Source: Clostridia bacterium
GTDB lineage: Bacteria > Bacillota > Sulfobacillia > SLMV01
Length of the DNA stretch: 62,104 nucleotides
Reading direction: 5' to 3'
NCBI GenBank assembly: GCA_003551215.1
Contig: PUMD01000137.1
Location: 1-62,104, forward strand
Each line of letters begins with the position of its first letter. Position 1 is the stretch's first letter. The notes beneath the pieces were generated by a model that saw only the letters and a program-made list of their open reading frames with translations, had not been told where the DNA came from and searched no databases. Both the position numbers and the translations under genes were made by a program. Below, one piece after another: positions 55,291 to 62,104 of the stretch.

Positions 55291-56736
55291 TCATTGCCCT
55301 TCGAACTGATGCACCGCCGGCTTTTGGTCCGGGGCCAGGGCGCTTTCGAAGGGTTCTCCCCCGGTCCGGCGGTGAAAGTCGTCTTTGATCCGCCGCATAA
55401 GGTCCTCGTCGGTCACGACCTCGTAGGCAGCCTCAGCCAGCACTTTCGCGGCAGTAAGCATGCCCGCATGCCCTATGCCGGAGCCGGCCTGCGCAGCGTA
55501 CTGCCAGGAATGGCCAGGCGTGCCGATAACGCCGCAGGCAACACGAAGCCGGGCGACGGGACAGCACCAGCTGACATCTCCCACGTCGGTGGAACCCCTC
55601 GGTTCATCTTCCTTTGGCGGTTCTGAAAGCACCTCGTCGCACAAAATCCTGTCGTGCAGCTCGGCGGGCAGCTGGCGCCGCTGCTGCGCAGACCTCCTCT
55701 GCTCGTCGGTTATTGTCTCGCTGATCTGCTCGGCGAACTCCCGTTCCTCGGGGCCAAACTCCGGCGGCCCCACCCGCTCGAAGCACTCGAACAGAAGCTC
55801 CGTCATCGGTTCGTTGGGCAAAACGTTGTATATAGCCTTCAGCATCTCCACCTCAAAGGTGGTCTCGGTCATCTCCGCTGCTCCGGAGGCGCACTTTACC
55901 ACCCGCTCCCACAGACTGTCCACCTCAACCCGCTGCACCGAACGCACCAGGTACCACACCTTTGCCTCTGGGGGCACCACATTGGGCTGGCCCCCTCCTC
56001 CGGTTACTACGTAGTGGACCCGGGCTTCGTCCGGCATGTGCTCCCGCAGAAACTCAACCCCCATGTTCATAAGCTGCACTGCATCCAGCGCACTCCGACC
56101 CAGGTGCGGGTCTCCGGCGGCATGAGCAGATTTACCGTGGAAGGTAAAATTGGCGGCGTTGTTCGCCAGGGTGGTGCCCACGGACGGGCGGTTGATCTGA
56201 TCCGGATGCCAGTCGAAACACACATCGCATCCGTCAAACACCCCGTCGCGGGCCATAAAGGCCTTGCCGCTGAGGTTCTCCTCCGCCGGGCAGCCGAAGT
56301 ATTTGACCGTCCCCTTCAGACTTTCTTTTTCCATGGCCTTCTTCAACCCGATGGCCGCTCCATAGGAGCCGGCTCCCAGCAGATTGTGACCGCAGCCGTG
56401 GCCGGGTGCGCCTGGTTTTCGCTCTTTTCGGTAGGGGACTGCTTCCTGCGACAATCCGGAAAGCGCATCGTACTCTCCCAAAAAGCCCACAACCGGTTCA
56501 CCGCTGCCCCAGGTGGCGACGAAGGCGGTGGACATATCCGCTACTTCTGTCTCTACGGTGAAACCTTCATTTCGCAGCGCTGACGCGAGGCATTCGGCTG
56601 AGCGCGTTTCATGCAGCGCCAGTTCGGCGAAATCCCATACGCGGTCGGCAATCATAATGAGTTCATCGCGTTTTTCATCTATGTAACTTATTGCTGACTC
56701 TGCCTTCACTGACAAAGAAATCACACCCCTCTGCAA
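55291..56736 (-). CDS. M20-family amidohydrolase (AbgB-like)
   Basis: GHGCGHNLLG motif and the N-terminal block IADRVWDFAELALHETRSAECLASALRNEGFTV. The start is uncertain (TTG 56736, TTG 56715 or GTG 56709). Confidence 0.8.
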   Translation of the reverse strand: MQRGVISLSVKAESAISYIDEKRDELIMIADRVWDFAELALHETRSAECLASALRNEGFTVETEVADMSTAFVATWGSGEPVVGFLGEYDALSGLSQEAVPYRKERKPGAPGHGCGHNLLGAGSYGAAIGLKKAMEKESLKGTVKYFGCPAEENLSGKAFMARDGVFDGCDVCFDWHPDQINRPSVGTTLANNAANFTFHGKSAHAAGDPHLGRSALDAVQLMNMGVEFLREHMPDEARVHYVVTGGGGQPNVVPPEAKVWYLVRSVQRVEVDSLWERVVKCASGAAEMTETTFEVEMLKAIYNVLPNEPMTELLFECFERVGPPEFGPEEREFAEQISETITDEQRRSAQQRRQLPAELHDRILCDEVLSEPPKEDEPRGSTDVGDVSWCCPVARLRVACGVIGTPGHSWQYAAQAGSGIGHAGMLTAAKVLAEAAYEVVTDEDLMRRIKDDFHRRTGGEPFESALAPDQKPAVHQFEGQ

Positions 56737-56804
56737 TCTTGGCTGTATTTATTCCTTACATGATCCAGTCTGGAATCCTGCCTGATACTCTGTCAGTGAG
56801 ACAG

Positions 56805-57557
56805 TCAGGTGCTCTGCTGCTTATAATGGTTCATGAAATACCACGCCACCCCCAAAAGCAGGGGAGTAACCAGGTGAGCCAGGGTGGTGAATCCGATCCC
56901 CCAGTGATCATTTAGGTACCGCAGACCAAAAAGCGGCACCTCCCGCAAGCTTTCGTGGATCACCCGCAGGATGGTATACCACCATAAAAAGGACCAGAAC
57001 TGATACCCAGCGGGCAGCTGCAGCCGCTGCAGGTAAAAGTATCGTAAGAACAGTATCAGTCCAAACACCGCGGCGTAGATCTGTGCGGGATGCCTGGTTC
57101 CCAGCACCTCCGCGGGACGGCCGAGGCCGTGCTGGTTGAATATTGTGGCCATCCTCACCAGCGCGTACCCCAAAGTCAATCCGGGCACCATTGCATCCAC
57201 AAATGACGGAAAGCAAATGTCTTTGTGCCGCAGGTACAACCAGGCGGCCAGAACACCTCCGAGAAGGGCACCGTGCCAGGACAACCCTCCGTGGTCTATT
57301 CTGATTATCTCGCCGGGAGTATCAGCATACCTCGACCAGTGGACCAAAACGAAAATTAGCCGGGAGCCCACTATACCGCCGATGATACCGCACAGAGCGG
57401 AGGTCAACACGGCATCCTCATCCCACCTGTACCGCTGTCCCTCCAGAGCCAGATACCATACCCCCAGTCCTATGGAGATGGCCAAAAACAGACCATACCA
57501 CCGCACCCCAAAACCGTTAAGCCGGAACACGTAAGGGTCAATATTTTCCACGTACAA
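56805..57557 (-). CDS. lgt: prolipoprotein diacylglyceryl transferase
   Basis: FGVRWYGLFLAISIGLGVWY, HGGLSWHGALLGG, HPAQIYAAVFGLILF. The TTG start lies 6 nt after GGAGGGA. Confidence 0.85.
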   Translation of the reverse strand: MYVENIDPYVFRLNGFGVRWYGLFLAISIGLGVWYLALEGQRYRWDEDAVLTSALCGIIGGIVGSRLIFVLVHWSRYADTPGEIIRIDHGGLSWHGALLGGVLAAWLYLRHKDICFPSFVDAMVPGLTLGYALVRMATIFNQHGLGRPAEVLGTRHPAQIYAAVFGLILFLRYFYLQRLQLPAGYQFWSFLWWYTILRVIHESLREVPLFGLRYLNDHWGIGFTTLAHLVTPLLLGVAWYFMNHYKQQST

Positions 57558-57837
57558 CGAAGATCCCTCCTATCGCCCGCATACTATGGCAGTTCATCTG
57601 GAATCTTTTCACTGATACCCTTGCAAAGTGAGGATACAGCAAAGACGCAGAACCCGCCAGGGAGTGAAGGGGGTTCACGGTCCTCGGGGCACACAAACTG
57701 ACCGCCCACGTGCACAGGTCTCCGGGGGCTGATGATAGCCATCGAGGTTTTAGCACCCTCTGCCAAATGCACAGTACAGCCAAGCTACACCAGCGCACCA
57801 TCAGCCGTCTCCGCTGACGGCACAGCATCGGGGCCCA

Positions 57838-58095
57838 TCAACCTCCTGCCCCCTCAGGAGACAAAAAATACAGTACAATGGCTACCACTGCTGCAAACAA
57901 AAAGCCGTATATACCGCGGAAGACGCTACCGCCTATGACCAGCATGGCGGCTGCAATGATGAGGATACGATTGATTTTTGCATCCCGCCTGCGCATCTTT
58001 TCATCCTGACCCACGTCCTCCGGCTGATGCGCTGCCGGAGGACGTTCCTCATCACAGGCGGCCTCAGTTTTTCTGTCGCCGCTTTTGCGGGACAT
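57838..58095 (-). CDS. small hypothetical membrane protein
   Basis: Charged N-terminus followed by two hydrophobic helices (ILIIAAAMLVIGGSVF, GFLFAAVVAIVLYFL). ATG 58095 lies 6 nt after GGGGGTG. Confidence 0.45.
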   Translation of the reverse strand: MSRKSGDRKTEAACDEERPPAAHQPEDVGQDEKMRRRDAKINRILIIAAAMLVIGGSVFRGIYGFLFAAVVAIVLYFLSPEGAGG

Positions 58096-58238
58096 CAATT
58101 ACACCCCCAGTTGGAACCTGATAAGGCGAAGATCGTGGGCCTTATCGCTGCAGTACAGATACCTCCGAGGACCACAAGGTAAAGCAACAGTTGTGTGCCC
58201 ATCTCATCGAAACAGTCGGGCAAAAGCCGGGCAGAACC

Positions 58239-59903
58239 TCATCTTACCTGGTGCAGATCATCTCTTGCGAACTGCAGGGTTCGCAATCCACCGCTGAGGT
58301 TGCGCACCTCATAACCGTTCTGCATCAGAATTCTGGCGGCGTAATAACCGCGGATCCCCACTTGACAGTACACCAGTATCATCTCCCCCTTGGGCAGCTC
58401 ATCAATGCGGCCACGCAGCTCATCCACGGGTATATTCACGGCCCCCTCGATGCTGCCGGACTCGAACTCCCCTGGACTGCGCACGTCCACGATGAATGCT
58501 TCATCTGGGTCCATATCCAGCATTTTTCGCCAGGTGATCACTTTCATGTCTCCGTTGAGAATGTTGCCAGCCACGTACCCAGCCATGTTCACCGGGTCCT
58601 TGCCCGACGAAAACGGCGGCGCGTAAGCCAGCTCGAGCTCCTGCAGATCGAACACCGTTTTGCCGTGACGCAAGGCTGCGGCCAGCACATCTATACGCTT
58701 GTCCACGCCGTCATATCCGACCACCTGCGCACCAAGCAGCTGCCCGTCGTCATCAAAAAGCAGCTTCACTGCCAGCGACTCGGCCGCCGGATAGTATCCT
58801 GCGTGAGACTGAGAGTGGGTCACCGAGGTGTGAAATGTTCGGTCCTCTGACAGCAGCCTCTCCGAGCTGGCACCTGTTGCGGCAACGGTGAGATCAAAGA
58901 CTTTCAGGATGCTTGTGCCCTGGGTTCCTCTGTACTTGCTGCAGCGCCCGGCGATGTTATCAGCAGCTATGCGCCCCTGCTTGTTGGCCGGCCCGGCGAG
59001 GGGAATCAGCGCAGGTTCGCCACTGACGAAATCTTTGACTTCAATCGCATCCCCGATGGCGTAGATGTGCGGATCAGACGTCCGCAGGCGGTCGTCCACC
59101 CAAATCCCTCCAGTCGGACCGATCTCCAGACCGGCTTCTTTGGCCAGATGTGCATTCGGTTTCACTCCAATGGCCAGGATAGCAAAATCCGCATCCAGCC
59201 GCGTCCGGCTTTCCAGCTCCACCGTAATGTCCTGCCTGCCCTCCTCAAATCCGGTGACGGCATCCCCAAAATGCAGCTCGATGCCGTTTTCCCGCAGATG
59301 ATGGTGCACGATGGCAGCCATTTCCCGATCAAGCGCAGGCATAACCTGATCAAGCATCTCGACCAGTGACACCTCAAGTCCCCTATGTTTCAGATTCTCC
59401 GCCATCTCCAGGCCGATAAAGCCGCCGCCGACCACCACCGCCTTCTCCGGTTGAAGGCCGTCGATGAACTGGTCAATACGGTCAGCATCGGGTATGTTTC
59501 TCACGGTGAAGACTCGGTCGCTGTCTATGCCCGGAATGGGCGGTTTGACCGGATCGGCACCGGGAGACAGGATCAAAACGTCGTAAGGCTGCCGGTAGAC
59601 GTTATCATCGTTGAGGTCGCGAACGATCACTTCACGCTGCTCGGGGCATATCTCGGTTGCCTCGTTGAGCACCCTGACATCAACTTTGAAGCGCCTCTGC
59701 ATGGCTTCGGAAGTCTGCACCAGAAGATCGCTTCTGTCTTCGATCACGTTTCCTATGTAATAGGGGAGTCCGCAGTTGGCATAGGATATGTACTGGTCTC
59801 GTTCCAGAATAATGATCTCCGCATCCTCATCCAATCGCCTAAGGCGTGCAGCAGCACTGGCACCTCCGGCAACTCCGCCGACGATTACCACACGTTTGCT
59901 CAT
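58239..59903 (-). CDS. CoA-disulfide reductase-type FAD/NAD(P) oxidoreductase fused to a C-terminal rhodanese domain
   Basis: VVIVGGVAGGASAA, redox cysteine in SYANCGLPYY, second Rossmann VVVGGGFIGLE, rhodanese loop LVYCQVGIRG. ATG 59903 is preceded by GGAGGG. Confidence 0.85.
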   Translation of the reverse strand: MSKRVVIVGGVAGGASAAARLRRLDEDAEIIILERDQYISYANCGLPYYIGNVIEDRSDLLVQTSEAMQRRFKVDVRVLNEATEICPEQREVIVRDLNDDNVYRQPYDVLILSPGADPVKPPIPGIDSDRVFTVRNIPDADRIDQFIDGLQPEKAVVVGGGFIGLEMAENLKHRGLEVSLVEMLDQVMPALDREMAAIVHHHLRENGIELHFGDAVTGFEEGRQDITVELESRTRLDADFAILAIGVKPNAHLAKEAGLEIGPTGGIWVDDRLRTSDPHIYAIGDAIEVKDFVSGEPALIPLAGPANKQGRIAADNIAGRCSKYRGTQGTSILKVFDLTVAATGASSERLLSEDRTFHTSVTHSQSHAGYYPAAESLAVKLLFDDDGQLLGAQVVGYDGVDKRIDVLAAALRHGKTVFDLQELELAYAPPFSSGKDPVNMAGYVAGNILNGDMKVITWRKMLDMDPDEAFIVDVRSPGEFESGSIEGAVNIPVDELRGRIDELPKGEMILVYCQVGIRGYYAARILMQNGYEVRNLSGGLRTLQFARDDLHQVR

Positions 59904-60376
59904 AGTATATCCCTCCAGCACACAGAAATGTTGCAATGATTGGTTCATCCCTTCACCTACACAGCTTGGTCTGAAGTCCAAGTGATATCAAGATGTGAAC
60001 CACGAGGGAAAAGCGGGGTCTGAACGGCCTGAGGAAACGCACACTTGCCTTGCTGCCGAGCTTGCGGAAGTTCAACACCAGGTACCCGGGCGTAGAGGTG
60101 ACCTGCTGAGAGGTGGCTTCTCGTGGCTACAGGCGGGATTGGTCCCTCCCGGCGTAATTCCACAGGTTGCTGCCTTGCAGACCAGCCATCTCCCGCACCT
60201 CCTCGGGCACGACTCTCCGGGGGGAGCCCCACCAGTACAGCGAAAGCCATCTCCGCAGCCGCACCAGTAGATGTCCAATCAACGCGACCATCTCCTTTCA
60301 TGTCATGATAAAAACTCCGCGCCAGCCTGCGGATGATTACCGCGGCAATCATCCCACCTCTATCATATCATATTCG

Positions 60377-61048
60377 CTAGCTGCCCTGATTCTCTAGCAG
60401 CCTGCGGAAAAAGCTCACCAGTCTGGGGTCGAACTGAGTGCCAGAACACCTATCGATCTCGGCCAGTGCCTCCTCTCTGGTGAGGGGTTCCCTGTAGGGG
60501 CGCTGCTGTGTGATGGCTTCATAGGCATCCACCAGCGCAGTAATCCTGGACTGCAGGGGTATCTCCTCACCCTTTAAGCCGTGCGGATATCCAGAACCAT
60601 CCCAGTGTTCGTGATGAGACAACACACCTGTGGCCACCGATTCCAACCGCAAATTTGACCTGACTATGTAGTAACCCATTGAAGGGTGTCGGCGAACCTG
60701 ACGCCATTCCATCTCATCAAGCTGACCCGGTTTGCTGAGCACTTCTTCGGGAAGGGCAAGCTTTCCGACGTCGTAGAGCCTGCTCAACAAGACCAGCTCC
60801 GCAAGGTCCTCTCCCTCCAACCCAGAAAGCTGCCCCAGCTTGCGTGCAAGCTGTTCGCCAGAGGCGCTGGCAGATACTCCCTTTAGTCGAGGGAAGGGCG
60901 TGCTCCTGTTGCCTTCTCTGACAAAGACATGCCCGCTACCTTCACACTGTTGACAGAAACGAACCCTGTCCGATCCAATCGCAGAATATGAGGTGACAAT
61001 TCCCCTGCCGTCACAGACCCAACAGGCAACTATGTTCCAGACAGTCAA
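60377..61048 (-). CDS. degenerate HD-GYP domain protein with an N-terminal double CxxCxGxG zinc-finger
   Basis: CWVCDGRG and CQQCEGSG. HHEHWDGSGYPHGL is intact, but the HD dyad reads YD (LYDVGKL). The TTG start lies 7 nt after AAGGAGG. Confidence 0.8.
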   Translation of the reverse strand: MTVWNIVACWVCDGRGIVTSYSAIGSDRVRFCQQCEGSGHVFVREGNRSTPFPRLKGVSASASGEQLARKLGQLSGLEGEDLAELVLLSRLYDVGKLALPEEVLSKPGQLDEMEWRQVRRHPSMGYYIVRSNLRLESVATGVLSHHEHWDGSGYPHGLKGEEIPLQSRITALVDAYEAITQQRPYREPLTREEALAEIDRCSGTQFDPRLVSFFRRLLENQGS

Positions 61049-61491
61049 TGAACGGCCTCCTTTATCCGCCGGTCCAGAACGAGTGCGAGCAATGTGGCGG
61101 GCAAATGATCGCCGATTTATGATCGGACGAAGACCGCCCTCGAAGAAATAGGTATAGATAAGGATGCCCCTGCTCGACAGCAGATCATATATTCACCTGC
61201 AGCCCATGAAAAAATGACTGCAGCAAAATATTGCTCATTCCGGCCGAGAATGAAAAACCCTGTCGGTCATTGTTTCTATTCCTCATCAATGGTGCCATTC
61301 CTGCATCAAAATTGGTATCAACTACCTGTTGGAATCTCTACCAGAAGCATTCGAGAACGATAACCGGGATTATCGGGAATAGGCCTGTCCCCGGGGGGCA
61401 CGCTGATACCAATTGGCACCATTTCCCGGATGTGGTTGCAGTAAGTGTTACAGATTCATAAGTTTTCGCACATTAGAGGCAAAAAGAGCTC

Positions 61492-61535
61492 AATCTGAGC
61501 AACATCTGAGCACGTTCTGACTGACATCTGAGCAG
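61492..61535 (+). repeat. four tandem 11-bp phased direct repeats (consensus cATCTGAGCAn)
   Basis: aATCTGAGCAa / cATCTGAGCAc / gTTCTGACTGa / cATCTGAGCAg. Three units share an identical 9-mer core and one is degenerate. The array ends 18 nt upstream of a TTGACG box. Confidence 0.7.
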
Positions 61536-61552
61536 GGTATGTTCAAATGTAT

Positions 61553-61581
61553 TTGACGCTGATGAAATCTTTGCCTATTGA
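61553..61581 (+). promoter_or_regulatory. candidate sigma-70-type promoter of the sortase gene
   Basis: TTGACG (61553-61558), 17-nt spacer, TATTGA (61576-61581), then GAGGTGG and GTG 61599. The -10 is weak. Confidence 0.3.
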
Positions 61582-61598
61582 CCGATGAGGTGGCCTCC

Positions 61599-62104
61599 GT
61601 GAACAGCCAAAAAACCTATTTATTCGGAGTCGCGCTCCTGATAGTCGGTGCCGCTTTGGTCGCCTGGCCGGTGTTTCAGTATGCCTACGGACACTATCAG
61701 CAGGCGCGGCTTGTGCAAAAGTACTCGGAAGCCTCGGCTTCATCTCACGCTGACACGAGCCACCCTACTTCTGAGCCGACAGAGGACCTGCGTTTTCCCC
61801 CACCGGATACACAACCGAAGGATGAAGGCCCGTTCATACTGACAATTGACAAGATCGGTCTGAGCACCGCGCTGGTGTTCGGTGTGGAGCTTCCCGATCT
61901 GGCTAAGGCTCCGGGGATATACCCGCAGAGCGTGATGCCGGGACAGAAGGGGAACTTCTCGGTCGCCGGACACAGAACCACCTACGGCGCCTGGTTCCGA
62001 AGACTTCACGAGCTGGAAGAAGGAGACCTCATAACTGTCGAGTCACCTAATGCGGAGTATATCTACGAGGTGCAATCGGTGTTTCAGTATGCCTACGGAC
62101 ACTA
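61599..62104 (+). CDS. sortase-family transpeptidase, 5' part (runs off the window end)
   Basis: My own translation from GTG 61599: N-terminal TM LFGVALLIVGAALVAWPVF, then ILTIDKIGLSTALVFGVELPDLAKAPGIYPQSVMPGQKGNFSVAGHRTTYGAWFRRLHELEEGDLITV, the sortase His block. The catalytic TLxTC lies beyond the window. Confidence 0.75.
   Translation, partial: MNSQKTYLFGVALLIVGAALVAWPVFQYAYGHYQQARLVQKYSEASASSHADTSHPTSEPTEDLRFPPPDTQPKDEGPFILTIDKIGLSTALVFGVELPDLAKAPGIYPQSVMPGQKGNFSVAGHRTTYGAWFRRLHELEEGDLITVESPNAEYIYEVQSVFQYAYGH
62077..62104 (+). repeat. 28-nt exact direct copy of 61669-61696 at the very end of the window
   Basis: cggtgtttcagtatgcctacggacacta occurs at 61669-61696 and again at 62077-62104. 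Confidence 0.9.

Noticed and set aside
1-62104. Scan for CRISPR arrays, tRNA/rRNA genes, transposases/integrases and known defence-system hallmarks
   Set aside because: I saw no periodic repeat-spacer structure, no T-loop/acceptor-type tRNA signatures, and no DDE/serine/tyrosine recombinase, helicase-nuclease or NTPase defence-like ORFs by eye. A tRNAscan/Infernal/PADLOC-type run would be needed to be certain.

Overview
GC-rich bacterial chromosomal window with about 50 protein genes. I saw no rRNA, tRNA or CRISPR array, and no recognisable transposase, integrase or canonical defence gene. All family calls come from motif recognition by eye, not from database searches, and most start codons were placed using the strong GGAGG-type Shine-Dalgarno boxes. 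Blocks: (i) 842-12286 is one long minus-strand operon: alanine racemase, threonine aldolase, tungsten-type aldehyde:ferredoxin oxidoreductase (AOR), a MoaD-like protein, a peptide-type ABC binding protein plus two permeases (no ATPase), a Gfo/Idh/MocA oxidoreductase, a D-aminoacylase and a GntR regulator. (ii) 12504-13990 is an orphan, translationally coupled pair of ParB-like proteins. (iii) An MFS transporter, M28 peptidase, SLH wall protein, YibE/F protein, Fpg/Nei glycosylase and TPP enzyme follow. (iv) 24687-30051 is an Mrp/Mnh cation:proton antiporter split into two convergent halves whose stop codons overlap. (v) Next come a serine hydrolase, an ECF S-component with a structured leader, a lipoprotein, a SurA-like protein and a MoeB-rhodanese protein. 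(vi) 37704-44611 holds two paralogous PAS-GGDEF-HD-GYP proteins around a gene-poor gap. (vii) A hydrolase-rich stretch (MBL, S8, CocE/NonD, M20) also carries MscS, a CofE-like gene, an MM3350-like gene, Lgt and a CoA-disulfide reductase-rhodanese fusion. (viii) The window ends with a degenerate HD-GYP/zinc-finger protein and a truncated sortase gene preceded by phased 11-bp repeats. I did not find a clear-cut new multi-gene system. The most promising oddities are the aldolase-AOR-ubiquitin-like operon, including an unusual AOR/MoaD junction and a GG+tail carrier; three apparent near-cognate start codons; the inverted Mrp half; the degenerate HD-GYP fusion; and the phased repeats upstream of the sortase gene.
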